64,000 nucleotides of DNA. It comes from Thermodesulfobacteriota bacterium. Lineage in GTDB: Bacteria; Desulfobacterota; Desulfobulbia; Desulfobulbales; SURF-16. Under the pieces are notes generated by a model. That model did not search any database. It was not told the DNA's origin and saw only the letters and a list, made by a program, of their open reading frames with translations. The DNA is taken from contig JBDLJA010000008.1 of NCBI GenBank assembly GCA_039714595.1, positions 6,565 to 70,564 of the forward strand, in the 5' to 3' direction. Of this stretch, positions 56,876-64,000 are shown in pieces. The position numbers were made by a program, and so were the translations under genes. Position 1 is the first letter of the stretch, and every line of letters starts with the position of its first letter.

Positions 56876-58768
56876 ATGGGATATAGCGAGGCGTTCAAGG
56901 AAAGCGTGGCAGAACCAGCAAAATTCTGGGCAACGGCGGCCAAGGATATTGTCTGGGATAAAGAACCCACCACCATCCTGGACGACTCCCGTCCCCCCTT
57001 CTACCGCTGGTTCGTCGGTGGCGAGTTAAATACCTGTTACAACGCGGTAGACCGCCATGTGGAGGCGGGCCGGGGCGAGCAGCATGCCATCATCTTTGAC
57101 AGCCCGGTGACCGGGGTGATCCGTAAGATAACCTACAACCAGCTGCAGGAGCAGGTGGCGGCCTTTGCCGGGGTCCTGCGGGCCAAGGGGGTGGCCAAGG
57201 GTGATACGGTAATCATCTACATGCCCATGATCCCCGAGGCGGCGGTGGCCATGCTGGCCTGCGCCCGGTTGGGTGCGGTCCACTCGGTGGTCTTTGGCGG
57301 TTTCGCCCCCAATGAGCTGGCCATCCGGGTGGACCATGCCCAGCCCAAGGTGATTGTCACCGCCGCCGGCGCCATCGAGGGCAAGAAGACCATTGCTTAT
57401 CTCCCCCTGGTGGACGAGGCGCTGGAGATAGCCGAGCATGGGGTGGAGGCGGTGCTCATCTGTGAGCGCGATTTCATCAAGGTCGAACCCAAGGCGGGCC
57501 GCGATTTCCTCTGGGCCGATCTCCTGCCCAGCGCCGTTCCAGCCGAATGCGTGCCGGTGGCGGCCACCGATCCCCTCTACATCCTCTACACCTCCGGCAC
57601 CACCGGCATGCCCAAGGGCGTGATGCGGGACAACGGCGGCCACGCCGTGGCCCTCAACTGGTCCATGAAGCATGTGTACGATATGAACCCGGGCGAGGTG
57701 TTCTGGTCCGCCTCGGACGTGGGCTGGGTGGTGGGCCACTCCTACATCGTCTACGGGCCGCTCATGGCCGGCTGCACCAGCGTGATCTACGAGGGCAAGC
57801 CCATCGGCACCCCGGATGCCGGCGCCTTCTGGCGGGTTATCAGTGAGCATGGGGTCAAGGTGCTCTTCACCGCCCCCACCGCCTTTAGGGCCATCAAGAA
57901 GATGGACCCGGAGGGGGAGCTGTGCCAGAAGTATGATCTCTCTGGCTTTGCGGCCCTCTACCTGGCCGGTGAGCGCCTTGACCCGGACACCTACCATTGG
58001 GCCCGGGAGCTCCTTAACGTGCCGGTGATCGACCACTGGTGGCAGACCGAGACGGGCTGGGCCATAGTGGCCAACTGCCGCGGCATTGAAGAGTTCCCGG
58101 TGAAACCGGGCTCGCCCACCAAACCGGTGCCCGGCTATGACGTGCGCATCGTCGATGACGCGGGCCACGAGGTGAAGCCAGGGGTGGAGGGCAACGTGGT
58201 GGTCAAACTGCCCCTGCCCCCCGGCACCCTCGCCTCCCTGTGGCGGGACGAGGAGAAGTTCGTCAAATCGTACATGACCAACTTCAGCGGCTACTATGAG
58301 ACCTCTGACGGCGGTTACATCGACGAGGACGGCTACGTCTTCATCATGGGACGGATGGACGATGTGATTAATATCGCCGGCCACAGGCTCTCCACCGGCG
58401 CCATGGAGGAGGTGGTGGCCACCCACCCGGCCGTGGCCGAGTGCGCCGTCATCGGGGTGGACGACAGGCTCAAGGGCCAGATGCCGGTGGGACTGGTGGT
58501 CTTGAAGGCCGGCGCGGCCCCGGACGAAGAGGAGCTGGCCCAGGAGCTGGCCCAGATGGTGCGGGCCAAGATCGGCCCCATCGCCTGTTACAAGGTTAGC
58601 GCCGTGGTCGAAAGACTGCCCAAGACCAGGTCAGGCAAGATCCTGCGCGGCACCATGCGGGCCATTGCCGGGGGCCATGACTACCGCATGCCGTCCACCA
58701 TTGACGACCCCACCTCTTTAGATGAGATCAGAACCTGTCTGCAGGGTATGGGCATAGCCCCCAGGTAG
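56876..58768 (+). CDS. prpE: propionate-CoA ligase (acyl-CoA synthetase, PrpE-like)
   Basis: MGYSEAFKESVAEPAKFWA..RWFVGGELNTCYNAVDRH, YTSGTTGMPKG AMP motif, about 630 aa as for PrpE. ATG 56876 follows GAGGAG. Confidence 0.8.
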   Translation: MGYSEAFKESVAEPAKFWATAAKDIVWDKEPTTILDDSRPPFYRWFVGGELNTCYNAVDRHVEAGRGEQHAIIFDSPVTGVIRKITYNQLQEQVAAFAGVLRAKGVAKGDTVIIYMPMIPEAAVAMLACARLGAVHSVVFGGFAPNELAIRVDHAQPKVIVTAAGAIEGKKTIAYLPLVDEALEIAEHGVEAVLICERDFIKVEPKAGRDFLWADLLPSAVPAECVPVAATDPLYILYTSGTTGMPKGVMRDNGGHAVALNWSMKHVYDMNPGEVFWSASDVGWVVGHSYIVYGPLMAGCTSVIYEGKPIGTPDAGAFWRVISEHGVKVLFTAPTAFRAIKKMDPEGELCQKYDLSGFAALYLAGERLDPDTYHWARELLNVPVIDHWWQTETGWAIVANCRGIEEFPVKPGSPTKPVPGYDVRIVDDAGHEVKPGVEGNVVVKLPLPPGTLASLWRDEEKFVKSYMTNFSGYYETSDGGYIDEDGYVFIMGRMDDVINIAGHRLSTGAMEEVVATHPAVAECAVIGVDDRLKGQMPVGLVVLKAGAAPDEEELAQELAQMVRAKIGPIACYKVSAVVERLPKTRSGKILRGTMRAIAGGHDYRMPSTIDDPTSLDEIRTCLQGMGIAPR

Positions 58769-58806
58769 GGGGCTGTCCTTCTCAGGTCTGAGCAAAAAAA
58801 TATCTG

Positions 58807-59114
58807 ATTACCACTGACTTTCAGCCAGTTTGGCAGGAGACTGAAAGGTTATCTGTTTAAGTGAAATAATTTGGAACTTGAAAATCAGCAAAACTGCTTT
58901 TTCACCGCAGATAAGCGAGGTAAGCGAAGACTCCGGGACTTCGAAGACGCTAGGGTAACTACCTGTTTTTATAAAAAACTTTGCGCCTTCGAAGTCTGCG
59001 CTTATCTGCGGTGAACTTAAGCCTGATGACAAATAACGTAAATCATTAACTTTACGCCAGAATCGGTGATGCCTCACAGGGGTCTCCTAATAGTGGCTGA
59101 AACTTAGTGGTAAT
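58807..59114. mobile_element. MITE-like element with about 21-bp terminal inverted repeats and a nested long hairpin (type-2 repeat, full copy)
   Basis: The ends are ATTACCACTGACTTTCAGCCA (58807-58827) and TGGCTGAAACTTAGTGGTAAT (59094-59114), with 19/21 complementary. Internal perfect 17-bp inverted repeat TTCACCGCAGATAAGCG/CGCTTATCTGCGGTGAA (58901-58917 / 58999-59015), plus GACTTCGAAG/CTTCGAAGTC. No ORF. It fills the prpE-sucC spacer. Confidence 0.6.
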
Positions 59115-59126
59115 TAGAAAAAAAAT

Positions 59127-60302
59127 ATGAAAATCCACGAATATCAGGCCAAGGATCTCCTGCGGGCTGCCGGGGTAAGGGTGCCCAGCGGCCAGGTTGC
59201 CATGACGCCGGAGGAGGCGGGCGCCGTGGCCCAGGGGCTTCCCGGCTACCCGGTGCTGGTCAAGGCCCAGATCCAGGCCGGCGGCCGCGGCAAGGGCGGC
59301 GGGGTGGTGCTGGCCCATGATGAGGGCCAGGTGGAGGAGACTTCCCGCCAGATGCTGGGCATGACCCTGGTGACTAAGCAGACTGGCCCCGACGGCCGCC
59401 TGGTTTCCAAGGTGCTGGTGGAGGAGGGACTGACCATTGCCCGGGAGCTGTACCTGGCCATCCTGGTGGACCGGGCAGAGGCCGCCATCCTGGTGATGGT
59501 GAGCAGTGAGGGGGGGATGGATATCGAGGAGGTGGCGGCCAGCGATCCGGAAAAGATTCTGAAACTGGCCGTAAACCCCCTTACGGGCCTGCAGGGCTAT
59601 CACTGGCGTGAGGCCGCCTTCTCCTTGGGCCTGACCGGCCAGGCCTTTAAATCATTTGGCACCCTGCTCAGCCGCCTCTGCAGCTTCTTTGTCGATAACG
59701 ACTGCTCCCTGGTGGAGATCAACCCCCTGGTGGTGACTGGGGACGGGGAGGTTGTGGCCCTGGATGCCAAGGTGGAGCTGGACGGCAGCGGCCTTGTCCG
59801 CCATCCGGAGCTGGCCCTATTGCGGGACGAGGCAGAGGAAGATCCCCTGGAAGTGGCCGCCTCCCGCTTCGACCTTAACTATATAAAACTCCAGGGCAAT
59901 GTGGGCAATATGGTCAATGGCGCCGGGCTGGCCATGGCCACCATGGACATCATCAAACAGGCCGGGGCCGCGCCAGCCAACTTCCTCGACGTGGGGGGCG
60001 GCGCCAACGCCGAGATGGTGGAGAACGGGATGCGGATCATCCTGAGCGATGCCAATGTGGAGGCGATTTTGGTCAACATCTTCGGCGGTATCCTGCGCTG
60101 CGACGTTTTGGCGGCAGGGTTGGTCCAGGCGGCGGCCAAGGTGGAGCTCACCGTGCCGGTGGTGGTGCGGATGGAGGGGACCAACGTGGAGGAGGGCAGG
60201 CGCATCCTGGCGCAAAGCGATCTTGAGCTGATCACGGCCCATGATCTGGCCGATGCCGCGGCCAAGGTGGCGGCCATTGTCGGCCAGGGGGGAAGGCCAT
60301 GA
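59127..60302 (+). CDS. sucC: succinyl-CoA synthetase (ADP-forming) beta subunit
   Basis: [12 protein letters not shown] start, ATP-grasp domain, [15 protein letters not shown]. Confidence 0.95.
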   Translation: MKIHEYQAKDLLRAAGVRVPSGQVAMTPEEAGAVAQGLPGYPVLVKAQIQAGGRGKGGGVVLAHDEGQVEETSRQMLGMTLVTKQTGPDGRLVSKVLVEEGLTIARELYLAILVDRAEAAILVMVSSEGGMDIEEVAASDPEKILKLAVNPLTGLQGYHWREAAFSLGLTGQAFKSFGTLLSRLCSFFVDNDCSLVEINPLVVTGDGEVVALDAKVELDGSGLVRHPELALLRDEAEEDPLEVAASRFDLNYIKLQGNVGNMVNGAGLAMATMDIIKQAGAAPANFLDVGGGANAEMVENGMRIILSDANVEAILVNIFGGILRCDVLAAGLVQAAAKVELTVPVVVRMEGTNVEEGRRILAQSDLELITAHDLADAAAKVAAIVGQGGRP

Positions 60303-61255
60303 GTATCTTTGTCGATGCCAATACCCGGGTGCTGGTCCAGGGCATCACCGGCCGGGAGGGGCGCTTTCACAGCGAGCAGTGTCTGGCCTACGGCACTAAT
60401 ATTGTTGCCGGTGTCACCCCGGGCAAGGGGGGGCAGGAGGTGGACGGCGTGCCGGTCTTTAACTCCGTGGCCCAGGCGGTGGCGCAAACAGGGGCCAATG
60501 CCAGCCTGATCTTCGTGCCGCCGCTAATGGCCGCCGAGGCGATCATGGAGGCGGCCCAGGGTGGGGTGGGGCTCATCGTCTGCATCACCGAGGGCATTCC
60601 GGTCATGGATATGCTCCGGGTCAAGAATTTTCTAGAAATGTTTCATAGCCCGGACAGCTCACAACGAAGCATGATGGTTCCGGGCCGGGAAGCAACTGGG
60701 CCCGAAGTGGCTGGTCAAAAAAAATCTGTGCGTCTCATCGGGCCCAACTGTCCCGGCATCACCACCCCGGGGGAGTGTAAGATGGGGATCATGCCCGGGC
60801 CCATTCATCTCCCCCACGGCCCCATCGGCGTGGTCTCCCGCTCCGGCACCCTCACCTACGAGGTGGTGGCCCAGTTAAGCGGCCAGGGTCTGGGTCAGTC
60901 CAGCTGTGTCGGCATCGGCGGTGATCCGATAATCGGTACTGATTTCATCGACTGCCTCGCCGCCTTTAACCGTGACCCGGCTACCCAAGGGGTGGTGCTG
61001 GTGGGGGAGATCGGCGGCACGGCGGAGGAGGAGGCGGCCGCCTTTATCAAGGCGGAGATGGATAAGCCGGTGGTGGGCTTTGTCGCCGGGATCACCGCCC
61101 CGCCCGGGCGGCGCATGGGCCACGCCGGGGCCATTGTCAGCGGGGGGAGTGGCACGGCCGCGGCCAAGATAGCTGCCTTTGAGGAGGCCGGGGTGGCGGT
61201 CTGCCGTGATCTGGGGCGGCTGGGCGAGTTTTGCAAAGAGGTCTTTGCCTTCTGA
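60299..61255 (+). CDS. sucD: succinyl-CoA synthetase alpha subunit, with an internal insertion of about 27-30 aa
   Basis: [40 protein letters not shown] and MGHAGAI (phospho-His). 318 aa versus about 290 typical. Confidence 0.9.
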   Translation: MSIFVDANTRVLVQGITGREGRFHSEQCLAYGTNIVAGVTPGKGGQEVDGVPVFNSVAQAVAQTGANASLIFVPPLMAAEAIMEAAQGGVGLIVCITEGIPVMDMLRVKNFLEMFHSPDSSQRSMMVPGREATGPEVAGQKKSVRLIGPNCPGITTPGECKMGIMPGPIHLPHGPIGVVSRSGTLTYEVVAQLSGQGLGQSSCVGIGGDPIIGTDFIDCLAAFNRDPATQGVVLVGEIGGTAEEEAAAFIKAEMDKPVVGFVAGITAPPGRRMGHAGAIVSGGSGTAAAKIAAFEEAGVAVCRDLGRLGEFCKEVFAF

Positions 61256-61297
61256 TTCGCCCTTTTCGTGTCTCACCAACAGTAGGCAAAATTAAAA

Positions 61298-61420
61298 TTC
61301 ACCGTAGATAAGCGAGGTAAGCGAAGACTCCGGGACTTCGAAGACAGAAAGGCGCAAAAATAACTGTCTGTTTTTATTAACAAAAAAAACTTTGCGTCCT
61401 TTGCGCCTTTGCGGTTGAAA
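61298..61420. repeat. type-2 repeat, second (partial) copy
   Basis: 61298-61345 is 47/48 identical to 58901-58948. The downstream part shares CTGTTTTTAT.AA, AAAACTTTGCG and TGCGGT.GAA blocks. It has its own inverted repeat AAAGGCGCAAA/TTTGCGCCTTT. Confidence 0.8.
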
Positions 61421-61520
61421 TGATGTTCCTTTTATTATTCGAGATTCCCTTGGCTGAAATCTTTTCGCTGCCCAGTGCCCTCTCCGCTAGAGGTGGGTTG
61501 AAAAAACATTGGTAAAAAAA

Positions 61521-61916
61521 ATGGCAAGAAAACGTGTTCTCATCGGTAAACCGGGCCTGGACGGCCATGATCGGGGGGCCAAGGTGATCGCCCAGGCCTT
61601 GCGGGACGCTGGTTTTGAGGTGGTCTACACCGGCATCAGGCGTTCGCCGGCCGAGATTGCCGCGGCCGCCATCCAGGAGGATGTGGCGGCCGTGGGCCTC
61701 TCCTCTCTCTCCGGCGCCCATCTGAGGCTCTTCCCGGCGGTGGTGGCCGAGCTGCGCCAGCGGGGCGGCGAGGATATCGTTGTCCTCGGCGGCGGCGTTA
61801 TCCCGGATGAAGACGTGGCCCGCCTGGAAGAGGCTGGCATCAAGACGGTATTTACCCCGGGGACTCCCCTGGCCACCATTGTCCAGGCCTTTGCCCGGGC
61901 CTGCGGGGCCAATTGA
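61521..61916 (+). CDS. methylmalonyl-CoA mutase, cobalamin-binding small subunit
   Basis: RVLIGKPGLDGHDRGAKVIAQALRDAGFEVVY contains the DxHxxG B12-binding motif. ATG 61521. Confidence 0.9.
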   Translation: MARKRVLIGKPGLDGHDRGAKVIAQALRDAGFEVVYTGIRRSPAEIAAAAIQEDVAAVGLSSLSGAHLRLFPAVVAELRQRGGEDIVVLGGGVIPDEDVARLEEAGIKTVFTPGTPLATIVQAFARACGAN

Positions 61917-62872
61917 GCTCCAGCGCCAGGAAGATGAGTGGTGTCGCCAAAATCATTGCCGGCCTGGACCAGGGCCAGCCCCGGGCCATTGGCCGGGCCA
62001 TCTCCATGGTGGAGAACCAGGAGGATGGCTGTGCGGCCATTCTCGCCCATCTGGAGAACCGGGAGGATGACTATCTGGTCCTGGGCATCACCGGTCCCCC
62101 GGGGGCGGGCAAGTCAACCCTCACCGCCCGTCTCATTGGTCATTTCCGCCGCCAGGGGCAGCGGGTGGGGGTAATCGCGGTGGATCCCTCCTCGCCGCTC
62201 ACCGGCGGCGCCATCCTGGGCGACCGCATCCGGATGATGAAGCATGCCACCGATCCCGATGTGGTGATCCGCTCCATGGCCAGCCGGGGGCGGCTGGGGG
62301 GCTTGGCCAGCGGGGCCGGCGCCGCCCTGCGCATCATGGCGGCCAGTGGCTGCCAGCTCATTATCATCGAGACGGTGGGGGTGGGCCAGTCGGAGATGGA
62401 TATTATTTCCCTGGCCGACCTCACTGTCCTCGCCCTGGCCCCGGGCTTAGGTGATGAGATCCAGGCGATGAAGGCGGGTTTGCTGGAGGTGGTGGACCTG
62501 TTGCTGGTCAATAAGTTTGACCTGCGCGGGGCCGAGGCCCTCTCCCGGGATCTGGCCGCGGTGGTGCGATCACGGCAGGCTAACTCCCTGCCGCCCAGGC
62601 TCTGTCACACCGTGGCCAGTGAGGGCGAAGGCGTGGCCGAGTTGGCGGCTTCACTGGCGGAGATGGCCGGTTTGATCAAGGCCAGCGGCGAGCTTCAGCG
62701 GCGGCGGCAGCAGGGGAGGCACCGGGAGGTGCTGGACTGGGGCCTGGAGTTGGTGCGTCAGGAGTTGGAGCAGCGTCTGGCAGAGGCCCCTGATCTGGAG
62801 GGCAACCCACGTCGGCTGGCCGAAGAGCTGCTTTTCGAGCTGGGGCGAGATATGGCCGGTAGATTTTCATAA
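61913..62872 (+). CDS. meaB: methylmalonyl-CoA mutase-associated GTPase MeaB (ArgK)
   Basis: P-loop GITGPPGAGKSTL, IIETVGVGQSE, and NKFD. Confidence 0.9.
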   Translation: MSSSARKMSGVAKIIAGLDQGQPRAIGRAISMVENQEDGCAAILAHLENREDDYLVLGITGPPGAGKSTLTARLIGHFRRQGQRVGVIAVDPSSPLTGGAILGDRIRMMKHATDPDVVIRSMASRGRLGGLASGAGAALRIMAASGCQLIIIETVGVGQSEMDIISLADLTVLALAPGLGDEIQAMKAGLLEVVDLLLVNKFDLRGAEALSRDLAAVVRSRQANSLPPRLCHTVASEGEGVAELAASLAEMAGLIKASGELQRRRQQGRHREVLDWGLELVRQELEQRLAEAPDLEGNPRRLAEELLFELGRDMAGRFS

Positions 62873-62926
62873 ATTTTATGTTATTAGCAAACGAAATTCA
62901 GCCGACGAGCTTTGGCCCCTTTTATT

Positions 62927-63000
62927 TTGCCACGGAACCCACAAAAATCACAAAAATGGACAAGTAATATTTCCGTGTTTTCCGTGGGTTCAGTGGCCAA
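62927..63000. repeat. hairpin repeat built from tandem 9-mers (type 1, copy B)
   Basis: The left arm is CACGGAACC|CACAAAAAT|CACAAAAAT. The right arm is ATTTCCGTG|TTTTCCGTG|GGTTCAGTG, bounded by TTGCCAC / GTGGCCAA. Confidence 0.75.
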
Positions 63001-63067
63001 CCTCTGCTCCGTCCTTGGCTGCGGGCAGGGTTGGGTAACGAAATTTAACAGGTAAGCAATAAATAAG

Positions 63068-64000
63068 ATGAGCAATAAAACAGCATATGAGGAGTGGCAG
63101 GAGCAGGAGCTGGCCGCCAGCCTTGGCCGCTTTCCCGAGCGGCGGAAGAGCTTTCAGCACCATGGCGGGGCTGAGATCCCCCGGCTGGCGGTGCCGCCAG
63201 AGATGGATGAGGAGTATCTGGATAAGCAGGGGTTTCCGGGGCGCTATCCCTATACCCGCGGGGTCCAGCCCACCATGTACCGGGGCCGCTTGTGGACCAT
63301 GCGCCAGTACGCCGGGTTTTCCACCGCCGCCGAGTCGAACAGGCGCTATCGTTATCTCCTGGAGCAGGGGACAACCGGCCTCTCGGTGGCCTTTGACCTG
63401 CCCACCCAGATTGGCTACGACTCTGACCATGAGATGGCCCTGGGCGAGGTGGGCAAGGTGGGGGTGGCCATCGATACCCTGGCCGATATGGAGACCCTCT
63501 TTGCCGAAATTCCCCTGGGCAAGGTCTCCACCTCCATGACCATCAACTCGCCGGCCATGGTGCTCCTGGCCATGTACGTGGTGGTGGCCGAGAAGCAGGG
63601 CGTGGCCCTGAGTGATATTAAGGGCACCATCCAGAATGATGTCCTAAAGGAGTATGTGGCCCGGGGCACCTATATCTTTCCGCCCCGGCCCAGCCTGCGC
63701 CTCATCACCGACATCTTCTCCTGGTGTTCGAAGCACACCCCCGCCTTTAACACCATCTCCATCTCCGGCTATCACATCCGCGAGGCGGGTTCCACCGCGG
63801 GGCAGGAGCTGGCCTTCACCCTGGCCAACGGCATTACCTATGTCCAGGCCGCCCTTGACGCGGGGCTAACGCTGGACGTCTTTGCCCGGCGCCTCGCCTT
63901 CTTCTTCAACGCCTCCTCGGATCTCCTGGAGGAGGTGGCCAAGTTCCGGGCCGCCCGCCGGCTCTGGGCGAAGATCATGAGGGAGCGGTTCGGGGCCAAG
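63068..64000 (+). CDS. methylmalonyl-CoA mutase large (catalytic) subunit, 3'-truncated by the window end
   Basis: Not in the ORF track because no stop is reached. Hand translation from ATG 63068 gives [77 protein letters not shown]. Confidence 0.9.
   Translation, partial: MSNKTAYEEWQEQELAASLGRFPERRKSFQHHGGAEIPRLAVPPEMDEEYLDKQGFPGRYPYTRGVQPTMYRGRLWTMRQYAGFSTAAESNRRYRYLLEQGTTGLSVAFDLPTQIGYDSDHEMALGEVGKVGVAIDTLADMETLFAEIPLGKVSTSMTINSPAMVLLAMYVVVAEKQGVALSDIKGTIQNDVLKEYVARGTYIFPPRPSLRLITDIFSWCSKHTPAFNTISISGYHIREAGSTAGQELAFTLANGITYVQAALDAGLTLDVFARRLAFFFNASSDLLEEVAKFRAARRLWAKIMRERFGAK

Noticed and set aside
57026-58426. 466-aa minus-strand ORF inside prpE. Similar long antisense ORFs occur at 17240-18352, 33410-34261, 35330-36184, 39622-40530, 42398-43339 and 49707-50732.
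   Set aside because: All lie opposite genes with unambiguous family motifs. All have Gly/His/Arg/Pro-rich compositions lacking any recognisable domain. They are GC-driven stop-codon depletion, not genes.
61421-61520. Cobalamin riboswitch upstream of the B12-dependent methylmalonyl-CoA mutase genes
   Set aside because: I could not recognise a B12-box-like core or the expected multi-stem architecture. The region is mostly the tail of the type-2 repeat. A covariance-model scan (Rfam RF00174) would be needed to settle it.

Overview
A 64 kb, roughly 58-60% GC chromosomal segment, gene-dense on both strands. The gene content looks like a sulfate-reducing or propionate-metabolising Desulfobacterota, possibly Desulfobulbaceae-like. 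That assignment is inferred from content only; no search was run. Most of the window is core metabolism and housekeeping:
- a sigma-70 family factor, malQ and tRNA-Glu(CUC);
- a four-subunit 2-oxoacid:ferredoxin oxidoreductase (korDABC);
- a c-di-GMP gene pair (PAS-GGDEF plus HD-GYP);
- hom plus an ApgM-family 'proposed homoserine kinase';
- the conserved rpsB-tsf-pyrH-frr-uppS-cdsA-dxr-(ppnP)-rseP-tsaB block;
- ald, and an HAO-like octaheme cytochrome c followed by a TSUP / Tat-FeS / cytochrome b operon;
- a secreted glutaminase plus a porin, selU, and two radical-SAM genes;
- sdhCAB/frdCAB, an M20-YbdK-GGT cluster and a CPA2 antiporter;
- a TonB receptor / DUF4154-like / two histidine kinase locus;
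- a propionate and methylmalonyl-CoA cluster (prpE, sucCD, split MCM with meaB).

The accessory part lies at about 9.4-16.8 kb, between the diguanylate cyclase and hom. It holds three small AT-rich orphan ORFs separated by integron attC-like sites, one of them canonical, with no integrase in the window. It also holds a lipoprotein with 54-bp charged tandem repeats and an orphan membrane protein.

The best candidate for a new system is in the same region. It is a low-GC two-gene module encoding a membrane-anchored protein with a YEATS-like (pYEATS) C-terminal domain next to an intact patatin-like phospholipase, flanked by a short direct repeat.

A mosaic family of hairpin or MITE-like intergenic repeats occupies the gaps after kor, the porin, sdhB, prpE, sucD and meaB. 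All functional calls rest on motif recognition by eye in the supplied translations. No database or HMM search was run.
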